A stretch of DNA of 58,843 nucleotides, filler included, from Porpidia crustulata (Eukaryota), in assembly GCA_964255105.1 (NCBI GenBank). It is 10 parts of 10 records of this genome, joined end to end, with 100 filler letters (N's around TTAATTAATTAA, not from the genome) between each part and the next. Parts side by side here need not be neighbours in the genome. Positions count along the whole stretch, not along the records: positions 35,430 to 41,219 come from CAXUWE010001700.1; positions 41,320 to 47,099 come from CAXUWE010001701.1; positions 47,200 to 52,973 come from CAXUWE010001702.1; 7 more parts are not named here. One strand, 5' to 3'. Below are positions 37,577-48,823 of this stretch, one piece after another (within the stretch, counting starts at the first letter, position 1; every line of letters begins with the position of its first letter). The notes below the pieces were generated by a model, which was not told where the DNA came from, did no database searches, and was given only the letters and a program-made list of their open reading frames with translations. The position numbers and the translations under genes were made by a program.

Positions 37577-40500
37577 ATGGTAGGAAGTAACAATGGGCCA
37601 AGCGTTCGGTTTAGGGCATCTACATTTCAAGCGATTGACGACTCTCAGCCGTCTTCTTCCTCCCAGCAGCAACGACCCCAGAGGCTCGAAACTCCAGGCG
37701 GCAGACAAAGTGTAGAGTCAAGTGTATCGCGGCCTACCACTCCAAATGTCTATCATGGTTCTTACGGTACAAATCTGGGACGAAACAGGGCATCCGTACC
37801 AGGGTCTCTGGACGCTGAAGCTCCTCGAGGTTCCGTGGGCGGTACCCCCGGAGCGAGTATGAGCCATGTACAATTGCAGCATCTTTTACAGGCAGTTGAA
37901 CATAACCTGGATGACTATGGCATTCAAGAGGATCGAGATGGCTTCTTCGATGCTTCTTTTTTTCGTCCATTGAATCTTGATCATGCAGAGATGATCCAAG
38001 AGGCATCTGAAGCTCTACCAAAAGGATTTAAAAAGAAAGACCCGCTGTCGCTACGACGATTTGGTCCCCAGCAATGGTCTGAATTCTTGGAGATTGTTAA
38101 GCAGATCACCTTTACCAGAGCTGGTATACAGCTCGCTAAGTCGTTTTTGGGATTTTTCATCTCTTACGTGATATGTCTTGTTCCAGCTTCGAGAAACTGG
38201 CTTGGAAGATATAATTATATCATGGTCTTGTCTGCTATTGTCAACCATGCTGGAAGACCTCTGGGTTCTCAGATTGACGGCACCATCTTGACTATCCTGG
38301 GCACTGTGGCTGGGCTTGGCTGGGGTTCTCTTGCCCTCTATGTCTCTACATCGACGAGTCCGGCTCGTTCGGGCTATGGAGGGGTCTTAGCTACATTTCT
38401 CATTCTATTTACTACGGCTATTGCCTGGCTACGTTGTATATACATGAGATTCTTCCAAGCTGTGATAGCAGCTGGCATAGCCATATGTTATACCTGCCTT
38501 ACTGAAACCTCAGGGACCGTGAGCTGGAAGAAGACGTTCGACTATGGCATTCCATGGGTTTTAGGCCAGGCAGTATGCATTTTAATTTCGATGTTTGTTT
38601 TTCCTGATACCGGTGCATATGCAATCAGGTAAGCGTTCTCCATAACAATTATGTAACGTGAGATCTCATTACTTTCTAGTATAGCTTTCCATCGTTCACT
38701 TAAATCCGTGCAAGATGGACTTTCTATACCCCGTCCAGATACAAATAAACTAAAGCGCGATCTATCATGGCATTTTGTCAATCTTTCGGAAGCCGTGCGA
38801 GACTATACATTTGATTTGTCGGTCTCTAGGTTTCAACCTGAAGACATCAGGTCAATGCGTAATCTGGTTCAAGGAGTAATCCGGGCTGTTCTGGCTATTA
38901 AACCTGACACAACGCTCTCCGACGTTGCTGATGAAGTTGCAGAGCTCACTGATACCAATGCTGATGGCTGGGCTGCTTCAGATCATAATGAAGCTCTGCT
39001 ATACTTGATACAACAGCAACTTGCTAAGCCCACTCGAGCGCTACTTGAAGCTATGTACGAAGCTATTGAGAAAACAGATTTCGTGATTATGACCATTGGC
39101 GGATGTAAAAAACCAAGTTCTCAACAGAACCCAGACATCCGTAAGGTCCTCAATGGTCTACGAGTGAGACGCGATGCTTTTGACGCCGCGGACGCTTCGT
39201 TGACCAGTCACTCGAACCTACCGTCCACCTATTCAGATCGTCCAAATGTAGTAAGATTATTTCTCTTCGTACATCCAGTCCGTCAGGCAGCAGAAAAGAT
39301 CGAGGTACTCCTAGAGAAAACCCTGCGCATATGGGAGGGAAGTAAAGGGCTCAGAGTATGGTTTCCGTCTTATCCTTTTGCAAAGGCTTTGCTCCGATGT
39401 AATGCCCAGGTACGTCATGATCGAGGCGGATTGACGGCTGGCTTCTATTTTCAAAGCAAAAACCAACTGGAACGTACAATGCGAGAGCTCCAAAGCAGGG
39501 TCTATGTCCCATCGCCTCGTGGTAGAACGACTACAGATGCTTCTGTTGGTTCCGCCGACCAAATGCCAACCATTGGCCAGTACGAACAGGAGAAAAAGCT
39601 CGCCATGGGAGAGCGCGAAGGTGTATCTAGAAGGATCAAATTACGTTTTGGAATCTGGGAGTTTCTCCATAGTTTACAAGGTTTTGAAGCACGCTTCGCC
39701 TTCAAAGTGGCTCTGGTTGCCACGTTTATCTCTGTTCCTGCCTGGCTGGCACAAAGCAAGGGTTGGTGGAACGCGTACGAAAGCTGGTGGACCGTAGTTA
39801 CCGTATGGATGATGATGCATCCTCGGGTTGGCGGTACCTTCCAAGACCTCACTGTGAGAGTTCTGTACGCCATCATTGGATCGCTATGGGCGGCTTTTGC
39901 CTTCGCTGCGGATAATGGTAATCCGTACGTCATGGCTGTCTTTGCAGCTGTCTTCATGGTTCCGATGCTGCACCGATATACCCAAAGCTCACATCCCCGC
40001 TCGGGTATTGTGGGCTGTATTAGCTTCACAGTTATTTCTTTGGGTGCCTATACCGAAGGTGGTAAACCATCAATAATTAAGTTTGCCTGGACTAGAAGTG
40101 CGGCCTTTATCGTCGGCGTCGTCGCTGCTATATTGGTCAACTGGATGCTTTGGCCATTCGTCGCCCGTCATGAGCTCCGAAAGTCATTGTCAGCAATGAT
40201 GCTACACTGCGCAATTCTCTACCGAAGTGTCGTTGCCAAATACATCTACTATACCGAAGGCCAAGAACCTGGCCCTAAAGATGTCGCGCGGTCTGAGATT
40301 CTAGAAGGCCGATTGCGGGAGGGCTTCGTCCGCATCCGCCAGCTCATGGAAATGACAAGACATGAGATTCGCCTCCGTGCACCCTTTGACCCTCTTCCTT
40401 ACAGTGCCCTCGTTGACTCCTGCGAACGCTTTTTCGACTCTCTTGTCCAGGTTCGCCAGTCAAGCCTTTACTTCCAACCCCATATGCTTGCTCGATCCCC

Positions 40501-40852
40501 CGACGCGGCGTCTTCCCTTACCGTACTCCGTCGTGACGCCGTTGCCGTGATTCTGATGAACCTGTACATTCTTGCCTGCGCGCTACGTAACGACCAGCCT
40601 TTGCCACGATATCTGCCTTCCGCAGCCGCGGCGAGACAGAAATTGCTGGACCAGATGGAAAAGGTCGAGGCTGACCAGGAGGTAGCGAGGGTGGAGGAGG
40701 TGAGGAGCGGTAAGACGAGACGGTGGGCAGATATTTACCATTATGCGTATTCTTCAGCGTTGACAGATATCGTGGAGCGATTGCAGCGATTGCAGAGATA
40801 TACCAAGGAGATTACTGGGGAGGTTGGGTTTGAGGATTCGGGTATAAAATGA
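37577..40852 (+). CDS. Multi-pass membrane protein, FUSC / aromatic-acid-exporter-like (YGL140C-like)
   Basis: Two hydrophobic clusters. Motifs ARFAFKVAL, MHPRVGG and LWPFVARHELRK. One intron at about 38629-38679. Start codon uncertain. Confidence 0.8.
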
Positions 40853-41219
40853 AGTCAAGGGGGAGACACATGTACATTTATTTACTTGGAATTTTTCGTA
40901 TGTTGAGGTAATTTCCTAGCCTAGAAATCATATCCTGTTCTGAAGATGTTATACTTTATAGGGGTCATCGGCTCAAAAAGTAAGCTGGAGATCCTCGGCA
41001 TGCAAGATTTGGGCACTCCACTACAATGCATAATTTCCACATTCCCTAAGTCCGCAATCGCTTTGCTTCCGGGCCTAGTTGCGAAATACAATTCCTTACG
41101 CCCCGATTCCCAACTTCTCCACACCACCCACCACGCAGTCCACCTCAGCTTCCTCATCCTCCTCCACTACCTTCCCGACCATCCCCCTCTCCCACAACTC
41201 TCTCCCCGACAACCTCTCC

Positions 41220-41319
41220 NNNNNNNNNNNNNNNNNNNNNNNNNNNNNNNNNNNNNNNNNNNNTTAATTAATTAANNNNNNNNNNNNNNNNNNNNNNNNN
41301 NNNNNNNNNNNNNNNNNNN
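41220..41319. other. Artificial contig linker
   Basis: N44-TTAATTAATTAA-N44. Confidence 0.98.
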
Positions 41320-41320
41320 C

Positions 41321-41374
41321 ACACCGACTAGATAATGAGGAGGTTAGGCCTTCGTCCTACCGCACTTTTCAACA
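41321..41374 (-). mobile_element. Inverted start of a second, less mutated copia LTR (cut by contig end)
   Basis: Reverse complement matches 41548-41601 at 45/54 nt and begins TGTTGAA. Confidence 0.8.
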
Positions 41375-42083
41375 GTGAATATGATTGCTGACGGTCTTAC
41401 AAAACCGCTTGTGAGAGAGAAGTACAAGAACTTCGTGAAACTGCTCGAACTGCAGAGATCGAAGATCAGTGAGAGCTGATTAACTCATGCTGAGTAGAAA
41501 TTGAATCGACGAAGATGCGCTAAGATTTCGTCGTCATCGAGTAAAAGTGTTGAAAAGTGCGATAAAACGAAGATTTAATCTTTTCATTATCTAGTCGGTG
41601 TAAATAAATGAATTTGTTATGATCCCGGTCACCCTACTTCCCAAAGGGGCTTAGCGCCAGCCTTGGCAACCGGCAATAGGGCCGCCTGGCCCGAGCTAAC
41701 TTAGGACCAAGCCCACCTAACCTAGACCGGGGTCATGTGACCAAGCCAGCCCAGCAAGGAGTCTAGCGCAGGCCAAAGCGGGCACCTTACCTGTTCGGGT
41801 AAGGCGCAACTCCCAAAGGCCACAAAGTCTCATCCACCCCCAAATCCTTTCTTTCCTCCCTAGCTTTTAGATCTTTGTTTATTAGCCCCCTACCTAGCTA
41901 ATACCATAGGCCTATGGCATTATTAGTAGGGCTGGGCCACCTCATGTGCACCCTTAATAGAATTGAATTTAGTGATAGGGCTCTGTTCTACCTCTGTCTT
42001 ATGTGATTATCTGATCACTCAAGTTTCCAGTTCTGCACGTTATTTAGTAGCAATACTATGACAGTCACCCTGCCTGTTCAACA
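41375..42083 (+). mobile_element. Ty1/copia retrotransposon 3' relic: RNase H tail plus 3' LTR (41548-42083)
   Basis: NMIADGLTKPL...stop at 41378-41479 is the typical end of copia Pol. A purine-rich tract follows, then an LTR bounded by TGTTGAA...TTCAACA. Confidence 0.85.
41615..41959. mobile_element. Solo LTR (345 bp) nested inside the copia LTR
   Basis: Ends TGTTA...TAATA (degenerate TAACA). 5-bp target-site duplication GAATT at 41610-41614 and 41960-41964. Confidence 0.8.
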
Positions 42084-42312
42084 ATAAACGAAGATTTGAT
42101 TCTGATTACGATGCAAGAGAGATTTTGCAAATAAAACTTAACTGACAACTCTGCAATTAAAACAGATCATTTTCAGTTAGATTAGTGAGGCCGCCTAATC
42201 TACCTATCTAAATCCAAAGTAAAAGCCGCTTTGCTCAATAAACGATAGCGTCTACTAGTAGTTGTACATCTTAGTGATAAAGCGATCGCGCTCAGTGTAT
42301 AGCGTTCGATTA

Positions 42313-42398
42313 CACCCCTAGTTCGAACATCGCACTTAGTGTTATTGCCCAAATTTTCTACAGCCTTTACCCTAGGTGCGATGTTCGAACTAGGGGTG
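42313..42398. mobile_element. 86-bp Tc1/mariner-type MITE
   Basis: Perfect 23-bp TIRs (CACCCCTAGTTCGAACATCGCAC) flanked by TA on both sides. Confidence 0.8.
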
Positions 42399-43893
42399 TA
42401 CAATCAACCATGTAATCGAACGAGAGATGGATACGAGTACCTAAACATGAGCGCTTCAAGCCCGAACTTTACTAGCAGAAAGCGAGCTAACTCAAAATTC
42501 CTTATTTTCAAATAATCTTGCTAAGAAAATTCATTTCTAAAATCCTCCTCTGTCGATGACAGTGCATCATCAGCGTCAAGTTTCTTTTGACCTAGGGGGT
42601 CCCTTCTAACTGCTTTCGTTAAGGAAATACTCGTAGGGTTGGTGTGCAAAAACCCTCTAGTGAGTCTTAAATGGAGTAGCGAATGTCTTCGATCCGGGAA
42701 CTGCTTGGAAAACGGCCTTACAGTGAGGCCGTGGTCGTCGCTTAGAATGAGCGGAGCTGGCACACGAGAAATGAAGGAAATCCGCGTCGCTCGCAAGATG
42801 ATCTGGATGGGGAATAGGAGCACCTTCATCCATACTCCCTGCATCAGACGGTATGCCACACTTCAATTATAACACATATCCAACAACTCGAAACGGCACA
42901 AATCGTTGGAATACGAGGTCATGGTGGCCATTATGGTACGAAGGTTGTTGCTGATGGAGGCTGTCCATGAGGTGGAAAGCTGACATCTCTGCTCGCGGGC
43001 CCCAGCCCCTATCAGGCGGAAATTACCAACTCCTCGTATCGAACTCTTGTATTAATTGTTGGCGGATGAAGCACCGCATCATCAGATGCCTTCATCTTTG
43101 GATCTGTTGGAATGTCGTACGATGAATATTGTTTCGCTAAAGGCTGTTGTCTATCGCCTGTATTGTTTTCAGTTGTACGGAACAAAAGTTTTCGTGTGAT
43201 ACATCCTCTAGAAGAATTTGTATATTCGCCTCTCTATATTGTTAAAGGCTGCGCTACTCTCCGTCTGTCTTATTCGAAAGAGCGTTTTTTTGATTTTGAA
43301 AAACACAACCGTTCCTCAGCTGATGGATTACTTCCCGTTTCTCCACGCCACCTAACCTAACGCTATCTTCGCGAAGAAGGCCTCCCGCTAAAGCAACCCT
43401 TGATACGTACTCTCAAAATCACCGCTGCAATTATGTACACTACATGGCTTCATTGGTTACAGAGCTATCCTGGCTTTTCCTTGCCCTCTACGTTACATAC
43501 AAAATTCGTGATCAGCTCGTCGAATACCACCCCAAACGGCCGATAGATCTGCTTCGTTGCGCAACGCCGAATCATGACAGATCAGCGTAAGCATCTACGC
43601 CGTCCACATTCTCAGTTGGTATGTGGACTCGGCCGCAATTCGTATCCAACAGCTATAGCCAGCTGAAGTCTCCCTTGCTGCTGTCAGCGATCCCGAGGTC
43701 ATTCGTTATAAGAAATTCGTTCCCTGCCCATTTCATCTCAGCATACAAGCAGTTTCTTCTGGCTCTAATCGCACTCTTTATTCTGCAAATAGACCCCCTT
43801 TACTTGCACTTTCGGCTTCTACAAACCAGCTAGAATTTGCCCTTAAGACAGTACTCGCTCACCTTGCTTCAAGCCTCGACAAATACCGTTATT

Positions 43894-44598
43894 ATGAAGT
43901 CTACTTACCAAGCCTACCTACTCCTCTTGATATCAGCCACTAGCCCCGCTGCTCTCGCTTTGCCAGCGGCAAGCAGTGGAGATGATATCGCTCCGCACAC
44001 GGCCAACGGCGCTGCCGTGATCAATCCCGGCCATGAAGTCTCCGCCGCCGAAGTTGCCGCAGCCGCAAACGCCAAGAAGTGCATCACCTTCACCTCTGAC
44101 AACCCAAACTGGCACTACACCAACAGCGCCCCCTGGTCCGGTAGCGGCACCTTCGGCTCAACCGGCGGCAAGATCTGCGTGCCCCAAAGCGACTCCGCCG
44201 GCGGCGCCATGTATATCGGCTCTGAAGCTAACCCGGGCCCCGGCAGCACCAAACTTGAATGTTTCTTTCCGAGTGCGGGGACTGCGAATTGCGACGTGTC
44301 TTTGGTGGACGGCTACTCCCTCTCTATCAAGTGTGACGTCCCCGGTCATCACTCCTTCGGCGGCAACACCAACCTCTGGAAGACGGGTAAGCAGTGCGTG
44401 GATAAGAGCGAGGCGGGGCGGGGCATCTGCAAGAACGACAAGGGCTACGCGCCCCATCAGAGCGATGTGACGCCATTTTTCCAGGCCGGGATAAACAACG
44501 GCAACGATTATTGCATCTGGGTCAATTGCAGCCAAGATTATTACTTCCCTGTTAGCGCGGACATTAAATGTCATGTTAGTGGGAGTCATGGCCCGTGA
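43894..44598 (+). CDS. Secreted thaumatin/osmotin-like cysteine-rich protein
   Basis: Signal peptide, Ala-rich propeptide, TKLECFF...CDVSLVDGYSLSI (thaumatin-type DVSLVDG motif), many Cys, intronless. Confidence 0.75.
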   Translation: MKSTYQAYLLLLISATSPAALALPAASSGDDIAPHTANGAAVINPGHEVSAAEVAAAANAKKCITFTSDNPNWHYTNSAPWSGSGTFGSTGGKICVPQSDSAGGAMYIGSEANPGPGSTKLECFFPSAGTANCDVSLVDGYSLSIKCDVPGHHSFGGNTNLWKTGKQCVDKSEAGRGICKNDKGYAPHQSDVTPFFQAGINNGNDYCIWVNCSQDYYFPVSADIKCHVSGSHGP

Positions 44599-46234
44599 AG
44601 GTAGGGTGATGACGCGCGAGGGCTTACCCAAAGCCTGGATGTCGAGTGAGATATATAGCTTGAGTATTTTGCAGTCTTTTGTTCCTTATTATAGATGCTC
44701 GGGGAGGACGCTCTTTTGGAAAATTTGGACGCTCGTTCGGGGGATTTGATGTAATAGCTTACAACATCGCTCTTGCCGATTAGCTGTAGAATACATGGCA
44801 GGGTCCCAAGATAGTCCGGTCTCTAGAATTCTTATCGCTCGCGCTTTATTGCCAACATAATGTAGACTACAGTTGAGCTTTGATATTTTGTGCTAACGTC
44901 TCGGTTAACCCAGTCAACCTTTGTCGGCGCGCGTCTATCACGCCTGCGTAGAATCTTATCCTAGTCTCGTCCTACCTCGACATTTCCCTTTACATTTCAG
45001 GTTTCATAGATAAGTCGAGTTCTGTTGGAATTGGGGGGCCAATTGGCAATCTCTGCCACATGGGGCTAGCCTCCTAACAACAACATCAACATCAATGCTC
45101 AATCAATTCTTGCCTGATACTCCAACAAGTCTCAGCTTCTCGTCTTTCTCGAAAAGGGTATGATTCCGAGCTATTATTGTCGCAGGAGAAGTCTGTTGTT
45201 GTAGTCCTTGCATCCACAAGATCAGAAAGAACACGGTGAGTATGATCAGTTCCGGTCCGCCTCGCTTCCTTCGCTCCAACTCATAAAGATGCCCATAAGC
45301 ACTACCTCTGCTTGCTTGAAACGCAATTTCCGAGGAGACCGGGGCTGTATAAGCGGCCCTCAGGCTGCTCTCATGGATGATGAGGTGAGATATTGACTGC
45401 GGCTACTTCGGTCAGCCAGCCCGAAAGAGACTTATCCCCAGATTCATCCTATCGACCTCGGCCACGACATTTAAGGGGAAATACCGATCATCTGGAATTT
45501 TTGTTTGTTAAACGTAATATAAAAAAAATGTGGTATCAACTGCAATTACTGAGCTTACCACCCTTTCAGGTCTTTCAGGCCAACCGATGTTGTCATTGTC
45601 TTTTGTAAGCCCATCATATGACTTTCCTCGAAACATCTTTGTTGATTTATATTGGCCGGAAGCACTGGGTCTCCATCATCCTATACAATATCTTACGTCT
45701 TCTCAGTACATAATAGTTGGATTCGGGGTGTGCTTCTATAGTAGAAATGAAACCGGAGCCAACATCTGATCCACGCGTTCCTTGTTTCGATTATTAGCTT
45801 CGCCAAACTTTTCCTATCAAACGATTTAGCCCTATTGTTCATTAATAGTCTCAATTCTCAACTAGAGAGTGGCTGTCCGTACGAGTACAACGTTACGTGG
45901 GTCAACAGGAGACGAGCTCTGAAGATGGACGTGCTACGTCACATTTAACATGCCACCATCTCTGAGAAGAGTCGAACGGAGCATGTACAAGAAAGTCAGC
46001 GTCGTATTACGCCAGAAGATCCGCTTTAGGTCACGTCAGAGGGCCAGTGTAAGGTTACGCCAGATTGCGTGCCTATCGATTTTGTTTGTCTATATAAATC
46101 CTGTCGCCCTTCTTGATCTTCCTCTCCATCGGTCTCAAATTAGCAGTCCAAAATCAAAAGAAGATTTCCGCGTCCCTGTCCAGTTCACGTTTTATCCCCA
46201 ACTCCCAAAATAAACATCCAAAACCCTTGCCAGA

Positions 46235-47038
46235 ATGTACAAAGTCTTGCCTCTCACCCTTGCCTTCCTCCACCTTAGCGGATCTAGCTGGGCCTGCTCC
46301 GTCCAAAATGGCATTAAGCTCACCAACTACGGCTTCCCGGACGCAAGCGGCACCCCCGCCTACAAATGTAATGGGAACACAGTAGTCCCCACGGTGGCAG
46401 GCGATAAAACCAAACTAGGCGACGGCTCCTTCGGGAATCCATACGCGGCCGCGGCTGCGGGCAACTCCGTCTTTAAAAAGTGCAGCCTCATCTACGTTCC
46501 CCTGCTAGAGAAGTATTTTCGGGTACAAGACGACTGCTCGGGCTGTGGTGTGTTTCCCTCTATTACCCCCTCTCCCCTGAACCCCACCTCGCTGACCACC
46601 CTCGCAGTCTCCAAGCAAGTTGACCTCTACCTAATCCAATCCAACCAGAACATCGGGCAGACGTCCTGCGAGCAGCAATTCGGGACCTTCAACTACAACG
46701 GCAAGGTCCTGCACGAAGTCATCCTCGCCCCCGGCGCAGGGTTCCAGACAAACATCCAGCCCCTCTTCGCGAACGGCAAATGCTTCAATAAGGTCGCTGA
46801 TGGCCGTATCTTTCCGAACCGGGATGGAACAGTCAATTGTGGCGCCAATGCCGCGGAGGTCCTGACCACCGCAGATGTCGCTGCTGGCGCGAATGAGGTT
46901 GATAATTCCGGCAGCACGAATGATGGGGATCCTGCCGCTAGGCACAAGGGAATGGCGCCTGCGAACCAGGGGGGACAGAATGCTACGAACGCTGAGCAGC
47001 CGCCAACAAGGATGGCGGCGAGGGATTTCAGTGCTTAG
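46235..47038 (+). CDS. Secreted protein with possible double-psi-beta-barrel / 3D-like domain
   Basis: Signal peptide, LTNYGFPD, GDGSFGNP and IYVPLLEKYFRVQDDCSGC|VSKQVDLY. In-frame intron at 46548-46607. Low-complexity tail. Confidence 0.7.
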   Translation: MYKVLPLTLAFLHLSGSSWACSVQNGIKLTNYGFPDASGTPAYKCNGNTVVPTVAGDKTKLGDGSFGNPYAAAAAGNSVFKKCSLIYVPLLEKYFRVQDDCSGCGVFPSITPSPLNPTSLTTLAVSKQVDLYLIQSNQNIGQTSCEQQFGTFNYNGKVLHEVILAPGAGFQTNIQPLFANGKCFNKVADGRIFPNRDGTVNCGANAAEVLTTADVAAGANEVDNSGSTNDGDPAARHKGMAPANQGGQNATNAEQPPTRMAARDFSA

Positions 47039-47099
47039 GCTGAATTAGGGTGAGACGGGTGAGGGGGTTTGTGAAGGGGACGATGAGATGGTGTAGAGA

Positions 47100-47199
47100 N
47101 NNNNNNNNNNNNNNNNNNNNNNNNNNNNNNNNNNNNNNNNNNNTTAATTAATTAANNNNNNNNNNNNNNNNNNNNNNNNNNNNNNNNNNNNNNNNNNNN
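47100..47199. other. Artificial contig linker
   Basis: N44-TTAATTAATTAA-N44. Confidence 0.98.
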
Positions 47200-48823
47200 A
47201 ACATAGGCTTTCGGGTTTAAAATTACTAGCAAAACGTAAACAAATAATAACTCCTTCTATGCATGACTTATGACCCATAGTCTTACTATCGCCTTCTTCG
47301 CTCCTTTAGGCAAAATATCAATCATATTTCACTGAATCTATTGAGCCGTAAGTATGTTTTCCTCTGCTTCAATGAATATTTTCGTGTATCTGCGAGACTG
47401 CGATCAGTTTTGCCTGCCGGCCTCAGCTGATAATCATACATATTCGCATGCAGCTAATATCACATCAATGAGCGGACTCGGATCCTTCGATGGCCTGCCT
47501 CATCAATTCTCTCAGCCGCATCATGCGCACCCGGAAGAGAAATTCCTATCGACTAAGATTTTGCCTGGAAGGATGAATGGGAACACAGCTGAGGAGCTGC
47601 AGAGTTACTCGTTGGCGTGGAAGCAAAAAGTGTCTTGTTTTTCGCTCGTTCGGAATAGTGTCTCCGCCAGTGACATGGCATTATCAAAAAAACGGTACGA
47701 TACATACCTTCGTCAAATTGACCTGCCAATTTGGGTAGTCACGAACCGACCCCACAGTCTAAGAGGGTATTGATAGGAAGATCTCACCTATGAGCTAACT
47801 CTGCAAGGCTGCAACATCAGAGCAGCGCTTACGCGTTATGCCCTGCGTCTTGGAACCCCTACTCAGCCTGATTACAGTGCATGGCCTGGGATTTCCGTCA
47901 ACAGAGGATCTAAGGCACGCCTTGTCAAGAAGCGATCGCTAATCGAGGAGGTTTCATCCTGCAGATGATGTCCGCCGTCGAGGCGAAACAATTGATTTTG
48001 CTTATTCCGACATTGGAATCAACGAGCTATCGTAACTTAGACAGACAATTTGAGAGAAAAGTCGGCTGAAAACGGTCAAGGATCTATGCGACAAACGCGT
48101 CCTTGACACATCTTGGAGCGGCTGATATTACGGCGATTTCCACTGGCTAGATGACACAGTATGTCTACAGTAATATCGAGCACCATCACTAGGTGCGCGC
48201 TAGCACAAAAGCGATGTTCAAGCAAAGTGCTGCTGCCCGATATGTCTACTCCGTCTACTCGAAACACAGTCGTCATCAGGCAGCCTGATTCTGGGTATCA
48301 AAGTTCCAAAACCATTGGTCAAAATTCCTTTGATTGCAAGCAACGAGCCCAGCGATCGACGATAAGGCGCAGGATGCATTCAGGTGCTGACGGCTCATTT
48401 TCCGTCTCTTTGCCTGGTAGAATGCGTCTTCTACTGGCCAGCTGTGCCGCTTCATGGTCGTCAGATCGCTGAAAGTGACCCTGAGTGCTGCAATCGGCTG
48501 GAAATCTGCCTTATATTCTCCATGAAGATGTTGCAATGAAAGTTGATGAGCTTTCTTATGAAGACTATATGTAATCTTTCGCGCATCGTTCCGCATGTTA
48601 AGGCTACTTTCTTGGAAGCCCTTAGCTAAGCAGATCGAATGAATGCCAGAGTGCTACGATTGCTCAATCCAGCCATCAGAAAACTTGCTCTCTTTGACAA
48701 TTGCAATTAATCCGCTGTTACATCTCAAGATCATTTCGGTTCCAGGATCAGAATTGAGCCTGGGGGGATAAGGACGGCCTCCTTTCAGACGCGAACCACA
48801 TTTCCTCAATACGCGTCAGCACA

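Noticed and set aside
42521..42922. Short minus-strand ORFs next to the transposon nest
   Set aside because: Interrupted by stops with no recognisable domain; cannot be supported as a gene or pseudogene.
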